The notes under the pieces: model-generated | Database searches by the model: none | What the model was told of the DNA's origin: nothing | The model's input: only the letters and a program-made list of their open reading frames with translations | Program-made: the position numbers and the translations under genes | Shown here: piece by piece, positions 36,901-46,109 of the stretch | Numbering within the stretch: the stretch's first letter is position 1 | How the letters are laid out: every line of letters begins with the position of its first letter | From: an uncultured Flavobacteriales bacterium | GTDB taxonomy: Bacteria; Bacteroidota; Bacteroidia; Flavobacteriales; BACL11 | DNA: 64,000 bases | Assembly (NCBI GenBank): GCA_913063045.1 | Contig: CAJXYM010000007.1 | Location: 8,993 to 72,992, forward strand | Reading direction: 5' to 3'

Positions 36901-39900
36901 AGTTTTGGATGATGGATCCTTTTAACATCGAGGATGGACTAGCTAATCACAGTGGAGGTGACTTATATCTTCATCTTGGTAATGTTTCAGAAGATGTTTT
37001 AAAAGATGGATATAAAAGTTTTGAAAATGGGTTACCAATAAACGCTAGCGTAGTCGATGTTGATACAACTGTCTGGGGAAGAGTTCCTACTAATTTTTCT
37101 ATTGTTGAAGCGTTTGATAATGATCCGTTATCAAGACAATATCAAGATGTTGGTTTAGATGGTTTAGCAAATAATGATGAACTGCTATTTTTTGAGGATA
37201 ATTATATAGATTTATTAGAAAGCGCTTATGGAACAAATTCTCCAGCATATCAAAATGCTATTAACGACCCTTCAGGAGATGATTTTCATTATTTCAGAGG
37301 AACAGATTTTGATAACGCATCTACTGATATCTTAGCTAGATATAAGAGGTTTAACAATACTGACGGAAACTCTGTAACTTCAGAACAATCTATTGAATCA
37401 TACCCAACTGCAGCTTCTTCCCAGCCAAATACTGAAGATATAAATAGAGATCATACTTTAAGTGAGACAGAAAGTTATTTCCAATATAAGTTAAATCTAT
37501 TTCCTGGAATGGGTATTGGTGATAGCTATATCTCAGATGTTTTAGAAACAACAGTTAAAACTGAAAATGGAAATAATAGAAATATTAAGTGGTATCAATT
37601 TAGAGTTCCAGTTTATCTTCCTGATAATGTTATTGGAGGTATTCAGGATTTTAAATCTATTAGGTTTATGAGAATGAATTTTACTAATTTTAACGAACCT
37701 ATAGTTTGTCGTTTTGCAACATTTAATTTAGTCAGAGGCGAATGGAGACGTTATAATTTTGACCTTTCAGAGCCTGGAGAATATATCCCATTAGATGATC
37801 AGTCTCAAACTACTTTTGATGTTTCTGCTGTTAATATTGAAGAAAACGGTAATAGACTTCCAATTAAATATGTTTTGCCTCCCGGGATAGAGCAAGAGGT
37901 AGATAATACAACTACTACATTAAGACAGCAAAATGAACAATCTTTAGTTTTAAAAGTTTGCGGGCTTCAAGATGGTGACTCCAGAGCAGCATATAAAACG
38001 TCTGATTTAGATGTTAGAGCATACAAGAGAATCAAAATGTTTGTTCATGCCGAAGGCCAAGAAGATAATTTAAATGATGGAGATTTATCTTGTTTTATTC
38101 GACTAGGTACTGATTTTACAGCTAACTACTATGAATATGAGATTTCATTAAAACCAACTTCTCATTACGCAACTTCTGACAATGAAATATGGCCTGAAGA
38201 AAATGAAATTGATATAGCTTTTGAAATTTTTCAGCTTGCTAAACAAGAGAGAAATTTTAATAATTTTGATGTTAGCTCTCCTTTCATTAAATACGGATCA
38301 TCTGGAAAAATTACTGTAGTAGGAAACCCTAATTTATCTCAGGTTAAAACAATAATGATTGGAGTTAGAAACCCTAAAAAAAGTAGCGCTAATAGTATAG
38401 ATGATGGTTTGTCTAAATGTGGACAGATATGGGTTAATGAATTAAGGCTAACAGATTTTGATGAGTACGGAGGCTGGGCAGCTAACACTAGAATAACAAC
38501 TCGACTAGCTGATATTGGGAATATTACATTATCAGGAAATCTTAGCACTATAGGTTTTGGTAGTATTGAAAAGAAAGTTAATGAAAGACAAAAATATAAT
38601 GCACATCAGTATGATTTTTCATCAAGCTTTGATTTAGGTAAATTATTTTCAGAAAATCAGGGCGTAAAAATACCCATGTATGTTGGTATTTCAGAATCTG
38701 TAAGAAATCCTCAATATAATCCTCTAGATCCAGATATATTATTATCCACCTCTTTACAAACATTAAGTAACCAAGATGATAAGGATTCTCTTAAATTCAT
38801 TGCTCAAGATTATGTTAAAAGAAAGAGTATTAATTTCACTAATATTAGAAAAACAAAGACAATAAAAAAAGGTAAAAAACCAAAAAATAATAAGGTTTAT
38901 GATATTGAGAACTTTACGCTCTCATATTCAAAAAATGAAACTTTTATTAGAAATATAAATACAGAATATAATAGAACTGTTAACTACAGAGGAGCACTAA
39001 CGTATAATTTTAATACCAAGCCCAAAAATATTAAACCATTTTCTAAATTAAATTTAGGCAGGTCTCCTTATATGAGATTTGTAAAAGACTTTAATTTTAA
39101 TAATATGCCTAAATCTTTTTCTTACAGGACTGATTTAGATAGGAATTATAATGAAACAAAATTAAGAAATCTTAATAATGGGAATATGATCATTTCACCT
39201 ACTTATAATAAGTTTTTTAATTGGAATAAGATGTATGAATTTAAATATGATCTTACAAGAACATTAAAGTTAGATTTTAGTGCAAATAGAAAGGCAAGTA
39301 TAGATGAGCCAGCAGGAAGAATAAGTAAAGATGATCCTGATTATCAGCAAAAGAGAGATACAATTTGGCAAAATTTTTGGGATTCTGGTAGGCCAACATC
39401 ATACAATCAGAAATTTAGTTTGAATTATCAATTTCCATTAAATAAACTTCCAATTTTTAATTTCATGACTTTAAGTACAAGGTATAATGGGAATTATGAT
39501 TGGAAATCTGCGCCATTGGCGTTACAGAATTTAGGTAATACCATACAAAATTCCCAAAACAGACAATATAACGGTCAAATTAATCTTACTACATTATATA
39601 ATAAGGTTCCTTATTTTAAAAGAATCACACAAGGAGCTAGAGAACGTGGAAGAATGCAGCTAAAACAAAGTAAATCTAAAAAGAAAAAAGGTGAAAAGGA
39701 TGACCAGAAAGATGAAAATAAAAAAGAAAATAATTTTAATGTTTTAAATCATTTAACTCGCTTTGTCTTAGGAGTAAAAAATATTTCATTTAATTATAGT
39801 GAAACAAGAGGAACTATGCTTCCAGGGTTTTTGCCTGAACCTCATTTTTTTGGTCAGCAGTGGGCGAATATGGCTCCATCTATTCCTTTTGTTCTTGGAA

Positions 39901-41141
39901 GCCAAAGAGATATAAGAAGTATGGCTGGCTTAAACGGTTGGTTAACTAAAGATACACTGTTAAATACTTTATTTAAAACTAATAAGTCACAAAACCTCAC
40001 ATTAAGGAGTACTGTTGAACCTGTCAAACAGTTTAGAATTGAATTAACTGCTAATAAAACAACTACAACTAATAATCAAGAATATTTCAAATGGGATAAT
40101 CTGATTAATAATTATAATTCTTTTACTCCAACAGAAACAGGAAGTTATAGTGTTTCTTTTATCTCTATGTCGTCTGCATTTAAAGGCAATAGTGACGATT
40201 ATTCTTCTCAAATATTTTCAAGGTTTAGAGGGTATAGAGCAGATATTGCTAATAGACTAGCATCTGCAAATCCAAATTTTAATGGGTTTTTAAGTTCTAC
40301 TACTGGTTTCCCAATAGAATATTCAATTAACAATGGAGATACTATAGTGACTGGAGGTTATGGTCCGACTTCACAGGAGGTAATTATCCCTGCATTCCTT
40401 GCAGCATATGGAGGAAGAAGTTCTAATAATATTTCACTTACAGAAATGCCTAAGATTCCTCTTCCAAATTGGAGAATCACATATGATGGATTAATTAAAT
40501 ATAGGCTATTTAAAAGATATTTCAGGAACTTTAGTATAGGCCATGCCTACAGGTCTACCTACACGGTTAGTGCTTATAATACAAACTTAGATTATTTTGA
40601 TGGAGATCAGATTAATTTAAATAATATGAGTTACCATGTACAAAAGGAAATTGCTCAGGTGTCAATTAACGAACAGTTTAGCCCTTTGTTAAAATTAGAT
40701 GTTACATGGAAAAATAGTTTAATTACAAAAATTGAAATTAAAAGATCTCGAACTTTGTCTTTATCGCTTTCAAATAATCAATTAACTGAAACATCAACAA
40801 AAGACTATGTAATTGGAACCGGTTTTAGAATAAAAGATCTCGAGTTTAGATTTATTTCTGGAGGTAGAGGAAAGAAAATGTCATCAGATTTAGATCTAAA
40901 ACTAGATTTAAATATAAGAAATAACAATACTATTATTAGAAAAATTATTGAAGATGTTGAGCAAATAACTATGGGGCAGCAGGTGGTAAGTATTAAGTTT
41001 TCAGCGGATTATGTGTTAAATCAACGACTAAATATAAGAGCCTTTTATGATAAGGTAATAACCAATCCTTTTATCTCAACTACCTTTCCGGGATCAATCA
41101 CAAATGCTGGATTTAGTCTTCGATTTACATTAGCTGGATAA
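33978..41141 (+). CDS. sprA: Type IX secretion system translocon SprA
   Basis: 2387-aa beta-rich outer-membrane protein with a signal peptide, in the ruvA-sprA-gcvH arrangement I recall from gliding flavobacteria. TTG start directly after an in-frame TGA. Confidence 0.9.
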   Translation: MSNKIQYFLTVSFVFALLFSVDANGFTMIDSTENNTLPYPYSPNQSSGLFLNTPSNLNLNINYDPQNNYYLFNKRLGEINLNRSQVLDFQQFQDYNLKKSINNYWKDRTKQQLSSKNQSYGMPKLYIPGQAFDKIFGGNSVDIRPQGSAELIFGVKVNRLDNPSLPVERRRSTTFDFQEKIQMNVIGKIGDKLKLTTNFNTEATFDFENNMKLEYTGYEDEIVKKIEVGNVSLPLNGTLITGSQSLFGFKTQMQFGRTTFTGILSQQKSSTSEIEVSGGAQTSEFDIYADQYEANKHFFLAQYFKDNYDNALSDLPFVNSPINITRVEVWITNKTGTTNDTRNIVSFLDLGETTGNIYNTQFTLSNGGPYPDNNAANDMFESLTTNFSGIRDINNVNNILSSQLGIGFLNGQDYEKLERARKLTSQEYSMHPQLGYISLNQALNNDEVLAVAFQYTVGNNTFQVGEFTSSGPTAPQALIVKLLKGTNFSPKLPNWHLMMKNIYALGAYQMSSNNFILDVVYENTEESGALTNYIPEGVIEGVPLIQVVNVDQLNQQMDRQSDGVFDFIEGITAKTANGRIIFPVRQPFGEYLRSKFSDPTIADKYVYQALYDSTLTIAQQYPELNKFRIKGSYQGASGSEIRLTAMNVPEGSVTVTAGSQKLVENQDYTVDYTMGRVTIINEGILNSGIPIKISLENNSMFGIQNKTLVGLHADYEVNKDFILGATMLNLTERPFTQKINTGEEPISNTIWGLDGTYQTEAPWLTKAVDFLPFIETKAKSRIIANAEFAQLIPGHHRAVGKNGVSYIDDFESSRTSIDIKNMGAWRSSSIPQGQEDLFENASANNDLISGFKRAKLSWYTIDPLFYRNTSITPPNINKTLSLDNGSAIAQQSYHYVREVLETEVFPNKDPDLGSQITNLSVLDLAYYPSERGPNNYTVNGLEASGRLMNPSKNWAGIMRKLETNDFEAANIEFIEFWMMDPFNIEDGLANHSGGDLYLHLGNVSEDVLKDGYKSFENGLPINASVVDVDTTVWGRVPTNFSIVEAFDNDPLSRQYQDVGLDGLANNDELLFFEDNYIDLLESAYGTNSPAYQNAINDPSGDDFHYFRGTDFDNASTDILARYKRFNNTDGNSVTSEQSIESYPTAASSQPNTEDINRDHTLSETESYFQYKLNLFPGMGIGDSYISDVLETTVKTENGNNRNIKWYQFRVPVYLPDNVIGGIQDFKSIRFMRMNFTNFNEPIVCRFATFNLVRGEWRRYNFDLSEPGEYIPLDDQSQTTFDVSAVNIEENGNRLPIKYVLPPGIEQEVDNTTTTLRQQNEQSLVLKVCGLQDGDSRAAYKTSDLDVRAYKRIKMFVHAEGQEDNLNDGDLSCFIRLGTDFTANYYEYEISLKPTSHYATSDNEIWPEENEIDIAFEIFQLAKQERNFNNFDVSSPFIKYGSSGKITVVGNPNLSQVKTIMIGVRNPKKSSANSIDDGLSKCGQIWVNELRLTDFDEYGGWAANTRITTRLADIGNITLSGNLSTIGFGSIEKKVNERQKYNAHQYDFSSSFDLGKLFSENQGVKIPMYVGISESVRNPQYNPLDPDILLSTSLQTLSNQDDKDSLKFIAQDYVKRKSINFTNIRKTKTIKKGKKPKNNKVYDIENFTLSYSKNETFIRNINTEYNRTVNYRGALTYNFNTKPKNIKPFSKLNLGRSPYMRFVKDFNFNNMPKSFSYRTDLDRNYNETKLRNLNNGNMIISPTYNKFFNWNKMYEFKYDLTRTLKLDFSANRKASIDEPAGRISKDDPDYQQKRDTIWQNFWDSGRPTSYNQKFSLNYQFPLNKLPIFNFMTLSTRYNGNYDWKSAPLALQNLGNTIQNSQNRQYNGQINLTTLYNKVPYFKRITQGARERGRMQLKQSKSKKKKGEKDDQKDENKKENNFNVLNHLTRFVLGVKNISFNYSETRGTMLPGFLPEPHFFGQQWANMAPSIPFVLGSQRDIRSMAGLNGWLTKDTLLNTLFKTNKSQNLTLRSTVEPVKQFRIELTANKTTTTNNQEYFKWDNLINNYNSFTPTETGSYSVSFISMSSAFKGNSDDYSSQIFSRFRGYRADIANRLASANPNFNGFLSSTTGFPIEYSINNGDTIVTGGYGPTSQEVIIPAFLAAYGGRSSNNISLTEMPKIPLPNWRITYDGLIKYRLFKRYFRNFSIGHAYRSTYTVSAYNTNLDYFDGDQINLNNMSYHVQKEIAQVSINEQFSPLLKLDVTWKNSLITKIEIKRSRTLSLSLSNNQLTETSTKDYVIGTGFRIKDLEFRFISGGRGKKMSSDLDLKLDLNIRNNNTIIRKIIEDVEQITMGQQVVSIKFSADYVLNQRLNIRAFYDKVITNPFISTTFPGSITNAGFSLRFTLAG

Positions 41142-41164
41142 TTTTTTTTAGATATAAAAAATTG

Positions 41165-41172
41165 TATTTTTG
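41165..41172 (+). promoter_or_regulatory. Bacteroidota -7 promoter box (TATTTTTG)
   Basis: Exact TAnnTTTG, 14 nt upstream of the gcvH ATG. Confidence 0.35.
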
Positions 41173-41186
41173 AGAAAATTTTTAAT

Positions 41187-41564
41187 ATGAGTTTTCCATT
41201 AGATTTAAAATATACTAAAGACCACGAGTGGTTAAATATAGATGGTGATATTGCTATTGTTGGTATAACTTCATTTGCCCAGGGTGAGCTAGGTGATATT
41301 GTTTATGTAGATGTTGACACTGAAGGTGAGGAGCTAGAGCAAGAAGCTGTTTTTGGTTCAGTTGAAGCTGTAAAAACAGTTTCTGATTTATTTATGCCGA
41401 TGAATGGAGAAGTCTTGGAGTATAATTCTTTACTCGAAGATAACCCAGAACTAATAAATACTGATCCTTATGGAGATGGTTGGATTATAAAAATTTCAAT
41501 TAGTGATCACTCAGCAATCAATCATCTTTTAAGTTCTGAAGACTATCAAAAGTTAGTAGGATAA
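41187..41564 (+). CDS. gcvH: Glycine cleavage system H protein
   Basis: Motifs YTKDHEWL and the lipoyl-lysine region GSVEAVKTVSDL. 125 aa. Confidence 0.95.
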   Translation: MSFPLDLKYTKDHEWLNIDGDIAIVGITSFAQGELGDIVYVDVDTEGEELEQEAVFGSVEAVKTVSDLFMPMNGEVLEYNSLLEDNPELINTDPYGDGWIIKISISDHSAINHLLSSEDYQKLVG

Positions 41565-41574
41565 AATAGATAAT

Positions 41575-42228
41575 ATGAAGCCGAAAAAAAATCCAAAAAT
41601 AAGTCTAGAAAGTAAGAAGTCTTTATTTTTTCAAATTGGTCTTGCCATTACTCTTCTCGCTGTTTTAATTGCTTTTGAATGGAAAAGTTATGAAAAGAAT
41701 GATTATAACTTAGGTAATCTTAATCTTGATGATATGGAAGAAGAAATAATACCTATTACAAGACAAGAAGTCAAGCCACCACCTCCACCACCTCCACCAC
41801 CTGAAGTAATTGAAATCGTTGAGGATGAAGTTGAAATTGAAAAAGAATTAGAAATTGAGGATACTGAAACTGATGAGGACGAAATCATAGAGATTGAAGA
41901 AGAGGATGATGAAGAGTTTTTTATGGTTGTTGAGAATATGCCAGAATTTCCTGGTGGAGATTTAGGTTTGATGAAATTTATCCAAAAAAATGTAAAATAT
42001 CCAGCTATTGCCAAAGAGTATAATATTACAGGTAAAGTATATGTTAGTTTTATTGTCGATAAGCAAGGTAAGGTAACAAACGTTAAGATAGTTCGTGGTG
42101 TAGATAAGAATCTAGACGGAGAAGCTTTAAGGGTAGTTTCTGCATTACCTAATTACAAGCCAGGAAAACAAAGAGGAAAGCCAGTAAGAGTAATGTTTAC
42201 AATTCCTATTAATTTTACATTAAATTAA
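41575..42228 (+). CDS. TonB-family energy transducer
   Basis: N-terminal membrane anchor, a run of nine Pro (KPPPPPPPPPE) plus an acidic linker, and a C-terminal TonB domain (MPEFPGG...YP..A......G.V.V.F.V...G). Confidence 0.8.
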   Translation: MKPKKNPKISLESKKSLFFQIGLAITLLAVLIAFEWKSYEKNDYNLGNLNLDDMEEEIIPITRQEVKPPPPPPPPPEVIEIVEDEVEIEKELEIEDTETDEDEIIEIEEEDDEEFFMVVENMPEFPGGDLGLMKFIQKNVKYPAIAKEYNITGKVYVSFIVDKQGKVTNVKIVRGVDKNLDGEALRVVSALPNYKPGKQRGKPVRVMFTIPINFTLN

Positions 42229-42311
42229 TTAATCCGTTTAACTCATCCATTTTTCTGCTTAAACCAAAAGAAATTTTAGATGTTAACTTTCTAAAAATTC
42301 GATAATTTAGT

Positions 42312-42319
42312 TAGATTTG
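42312..42319 (+). promoter_or_regulatory. Bacteroidota -7 promoter box (TAGATTTG) ahead of deoC-cysQ-wzx...
   Basis: Exact TAnnTTTG, 25 nt upstream of the ATG at 42345. It is the only such box before the 11-gene packed string. Confidence 0.35.
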
Positions 42320-42344
42320 AATAATGTTATTTAAATCAAACTAA

Positions 42345-43073
42345 ATGTCTACAGATATATCAAAATTTCTTGACTCGACCTACTTAAAAGAATCTACAGA
42401 GCTAGGAATTTCCGAAAAAGAAAATCAAAAAATTGTTAAAGAATTTATTTTGGATGGAATTAAAATGGACTGTGCTTGTTTAATGATCCGTCCAAACTTT
42501 GTTCAACTAGCTTATGATCTTATTGCTAAAGCTAGTTCGAGTGTTAAAATTGGTACAGTTATTGACTTTCCATTCGGAAATGCATCTACAGAAGAAAAAA
42601 TTAAAGAAGCAAATTCTGTTATTGTTAATGGAGCCTATGATTTAGACTTTGTTTGTGATTATAATGCTTTCAAAAGAGGAAGTTTTGAAAAGTTTGATAA
42701 TGATATTTTATTATGTACAAAACTTGGTTTAGCAAATAAAAAAATTGTTAAATGGATAATTGAAACAGGAGCGCTATCTAAAGCAGAAATACGTAAGATT
42801 TCTATTAGAATACACCACATTGTATCCTCTGAATTCAATAAGGATTTGCAAAAAGTATTTATTAAAACTTCCACAGGTTATTATGGAGGCTCTGGAGCTA
42901 AGATCAAAGACATTAAGGTTATTAAGTCTGTTTGTGGAGATTTGTCTGTTAAGGCTTCAGGTGGTGTCTCTGACCTAAGTCAATGTCTTGAAATGATAGA
43001 AGCTGGTGCTTCCCGAATTGGAACTTCTAAGGCTTTAAAAATTTATAATGAAAAAAAACTCAATGAATTATAA
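42345..43073 (+). CDS. deoC: DeoC-family aldolase (deoxyribose-phosphate aldolase-like)
   Basis: Motifs DLDFV, KWIIETG and the Schiff-base region FIKTSTGY, followed by VKASGGV. Confidence 0.75.
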   Translation: MSTDISKFLDSTYLKESTELGISEKENQKIVKEFILDGIKMDCACLMIRPNFVQLAYDLIAKASSSVKIGTVIDFPFGNASTEEKIKEANSVIVNGAYDLDFVCDYNAFKRGSFEKFDNDILLCTKLGLANKKIVKWIIETGALSKAEIRKISIRIHHIVSSEFNKDLQKVFIKTSTGYYGGSGAKIKDIKVIKSVCGDLSVKASGGVSDLSQCLEMIEAGASRIGTSKALKIYNEKKLNEL

Positions 43074-43854
43074 GGAGTTATTATTATTAGCAGTGAATGC
43101 ATCTATAGATGGTGGAAAAGAGATAATGAAAATTTATGAATCTGATTTTAGTGTTGAACTTAAAGATGATAACTCTCCCTTAACTTTAGCTGATAGGAAA
43201 TGTAATGATATTATTGAAAAAGTATTGACTCAAACTCAAATACCTATTTTAAGTGAAGAAGGTGCTGCAGTTGATTATAATGAAAGAAAACTTTGGGACG
43301 TTTTTTGGTTAGTGGATCCATTAGATGGCACAAAAGAGTTTGTAAAGAGAAATGGTGAGTTTACTGTCAATATCGCTTTGATAGCTAATGGTAAACCGAT
43401 TATGGGAGTTATATATGTTCCAGTAAAGAATAAATTATATTATGCTATGGATGGGTTTGGCTCTTTTAAAATTCAGGTTAAAGATAATTTTAAGAATTTA
43501 GAAGATTTAATGCTTCCTTCAATTAAACTCCCTTGTCATAAAAATAAAAACAAATATGTCATTGTAGGCTCTAGATCGCATATGTCAATTGAGACCAAAC
43601 AATTTTTTGAAGAAAAAAAGAAAGAATATCAAAATGTAGAAATTTTAGCTATTGGTTCTTCATTGAAACTATGCATGGTAGCTGAAGGAATTGCAAACGC
43701 ATATCCTCGATATGCTCCAACTATGGAGTGGGATACGGGAGCTGGTCATGCTATTGTTAATATGTCTGGTTTTAAGGTTTTAGAACATTCTTCAGGTGAA
43801 GAATTACGATATAATAAAGAAAATTTATTGAATCCTTGGTTTCTTGTAATATAA
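43048..43854 (+). CDS. cysQ: 3'(2'),5'-bisphosphate nucleotidase CysQ (PAP phosphatase)
   Basis: IMPase-fold motifs SPLTLADR, ILSEEG and WLVDPLDGTKEFVKRNGEFTVNIAL, plus WDTGAGHA. An alternative ATG lies at 43063. Confidence 0.85.
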   Translation: MKKNSMNYKELLLLAVNASIDGGKEIMKIYESDFSVELKDDNSPLTLADRKCNDIIEKVLTQTQIPILSEEGAAVDYNERKLWDVFWLVDPLDGTKEFVKRNGEFTVNIALIANGKPIMGVIYVPVKNKLYYAMDGFGSFKIQVKDNFKNLEDLMLPSIKLPCHKNKNKYVIVGSRSHMSIETKQFFEEKKKEYQNVEILAIGSSLKLCMVAEGIANAYPRYAPTMEWDTGAGHAIVNMSGFKVLEHSSGEELRYNKENLLNPWFLVI

Positions 43855-43857
43855 TAG

Positions 43858-45222
43858 ATGCTTAAAAGAATAAAATATAATTTAGAGGATAAAGATTTTG
43901 CTGAACTATTTAATAAAGGAGGTTTGGCTTTTCTTTATAGAATTGGCGGTCAGATGTTGGGGTTTCTCTTAACATTTGTTATTGCATACTTTTTTGGAGC
44001 TAACGGTTTAGGTGATTATGTTTTAGCTATTGTAGTATTAAAGATTTTTACTTTAATTTCTAAGTTAGGTTTTGATACTGCATCAATTAAATTTATTGCT
44101 TCATTTGCTACAGAGAGAAAATATAAAAGTATTAAGTTATTTAGAAAAAAATCGCTATTGACAATTTCTGTAATGTCAATACTTCTTTCTATAATAATGT
44201 ATTTTTCAGCAGATTATATTGCCGATTTAATAAATGCTAATGCTGATTATATTAGAATAAATTCATTTTTTGTTTTACCTCTTTCATTTTTTATTTTTCA
44301 TTATCAAAACTTAAGAGGTTTAAAGAAAATTGGTCTTTATTCTTTTTTCTTTTGGACATCGCAAGCATTATTTTCTTTAATTTTTATATTAATTTATACT
44401 AGATTCTCAAAAGAACCAAGCATTCCTTTATATGCTTATTTATCCTCTGTTATTATTATTTCTGTACTGTCTTTTTTCATTTTTGAATATGTTCTGTCTA
44501 AACAAAAAAATAATGATAGTGAGATTGTTGAAAATCTAAAATTTAAGCAGATATTTTTAATTTCATTACCGCTTTTACTAGCTCAATCTGTTCAGTTTAT
44601 TATGTCTTGGACTGATAAGTTAATGCTTGGTATTTTAGATACACCTTCAGTTATTTCAGGGCTCTCAACAAATTCTGCTGAAATTGGAGTTTATCATACC
44701 GCATTTAAACTATCAATGTTTGCTACTATTGGATTACTTGCCATAAAAAGTATTGCATCTCCGAAGTTTGCAGAGTTATATAAGAAACAAGATTTTCAAT
44801 CTTTGCAAAAGGTAACTCAGCAATCAACAAAACTAATTTTTTGGACAACACTTCCTCTGGTCTTTGTTTTTATTTTTTGCTCTGATTTTTTAATGGGCTT
44901 ATTTGGAGAAGAATTTAAAGTTGGAGTTTTTTCATTTGTGATTTTGTCTTTAGGTAGACTTGTAGTTTCTTTTTCTGGAGCAGCAGGTAATTTACTTCAA
45001 ATGTGTGGTAAACAAGTAATCTTTATGAATGTTGCTATAATTGGTTCAATAATTAATATTGTTTTAAATTTTATTTTAATTCCTATTTATGGTATCAACG
45101 GCTCTGCAATAGCTACAATGGTTAGTATTGTTGTTTTTAATTTACTATTAGTCTATTATGTGAAAAGAGAATTTGGTTTCTATACATTTTATATTCCATT
45201 TATTCAAAAAATAAAAAAATGA
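43858..45222 (+). CDS. wzx: Wzx-like polysaccharide/oligosaccharide flippase (MOP superfamily)
   Basis: 454 aa, about 12 hydrophobic helices. The N-terminal LFNKGGLAFLYRIGGQMLGF pattern is typical of Polysacc_synt proteins. Confidence 0.75.
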   Translation: MLKRIKYNLEDKDFAELFNKGGLAFLYRIGGQMLGFLLTFVIAYFFGANGLGDYVLAIVVLKIFTLISKLGFDTASIKFIASFATERKYKSIKLFRKKSLLTISVMSILLSIIMYFSADYIADLINANADYIRINSFFVLPLSFFIFHYQNLRGLKKIGLYSFFFWTSQALFSLIFILIYTRFSKEPSIPLYAYLSSVIIISVLSFFIFEYVLSKQKNNDSEIVENLKFKQIFLISLPLLLAQSVQFIMSWTDKLMLGILDTPSVISGLSTNSAEIGVYHTAFKLSMFATIGLLAIKSIASPKFAELYKKQDFQSLQKVTQQSTKLIFWTTLPLVFVFIFCSDFLMGLFGEEFKVGVFSFVILSLGRLVVSFSGAAGNLLQMCGKQVIFMNVAIIGSIINIVLNFILIPIYGINGSAIATMVSIVVFNLLLVYYVKREFGFYTFYIPFIQKIKK

Positions 45223-46109
45223 GTTTGCCTAATCTTTTAATTGTAGGTGCTGCTAAGTCTGGAACTACGTCATTATATAATTATTTGTCTCAGCACTCAG
45301 ATCTTTTTACTTCTTCTCATAAGGAGCCGCATTTTTTAATTAATAATGAGATTGGAAAGACAAGAATTCCAAATGGTATTACTGAATTAAAAAGTTATAT
45401 GGATTTATTTTTAGGAAAAGATAGTTTTAAATACAGAGTAGAGGCAAGTACAATGTATCTGCAATTCCCGGACATATCTATTAAAAATATTAGAAAATAT
45501 TTAGATGCTGATACTAAGATTATTATTATGCTAAGAAACCCTATTGATAGAGCTTTTTCTGGATATAATCATGTTAAACGATATAATTTAGTAGAAAATT
45601 TAAGTTTTGAAAATGCGCTCGAATTATCTGAGGATAGGTACCATACAAATGTAAATATTACGCCAGCAAGTAGATATAAAAATATAGGGTTATATTATGA
45701 GATGGTTAAAAAGTTTATGAAAGAATTTAATGAAAGTTTACATATTATTATTTATGACGATTTTATATCTGAGCCTCAAAAAGAATTAGATAAAGTCTGC
45801 AGTTTTTTAAGTATTAATCAAACTCAATTTAATGTTAATAGTAAATATATGGTTGGAGGGTGGCAATGGAAAAGCCCATTTTTGAAGAAATTTTTCCTTT
45901 CAAAAGGAATAATTAAGAAAATATTTAGATTCTTATTTCCTTTTTCATCTCTAAGAGCTTTTTTAAAGAAAAATATTATAAGAAATCAAACAAGTAAAGT
46001 TCCAATGATGAAAAAAGCAACAAGAGAACATTTGTTAGAATACTATTATAATGATATTGTTAAACTATCTAAATTACTTTCTTTAGATCTAAATAAATGG
46101 TTAAAATGA
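45219..46109 (+). CDS. PAPS-dependent sulfotransferase (Sulfotransfer_1-like), paralogue 1
   Basis: 5'-phosphosulfate loop LLIVGAAKSGTTSL and 3'-phosphate motif LRNPIDRAFSGY. ATGA overlap with wzx. Confidence 0.8.
   Translation: MSLPNLLIVGAAKSGTTSLYNYLSQHSDLFTSSHKEPHFLINNEIGKTRIPNGITELKSYMDLFLGKDSFKYRVEASTMYLQFPDISIKNIRKYLDADTKIIIMLRNPIDRAFSGYNHVKRYNLVENLSFENALELSEDRYHTNVNITPASRYKNIGLYYEMVKKFMKEFNESLHIIIYDDFISEPQKELDKVCSFLSINQTQFNVNSKYMVGGWQWKSPFLKKFFLSKGIIKKIFRFLFPFSSLRAFLKKNIIRNQTSKVPMMKKATREHLLEYYYNDIVKLSKLLSLDLNKWLK

Noticed and set aside
41703-42014. 103-aa minus-strand ORF rich in Ser/Gly (SSSSSSSIS..., GGGGGGGGG) antisense to the TonB gene
   Set aside because: It is the mirror image of the TonB proline run and acidic linker (low-complexity codons read in reverse). 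It has no independent start context, and the TonB frame has a clear domain structure.
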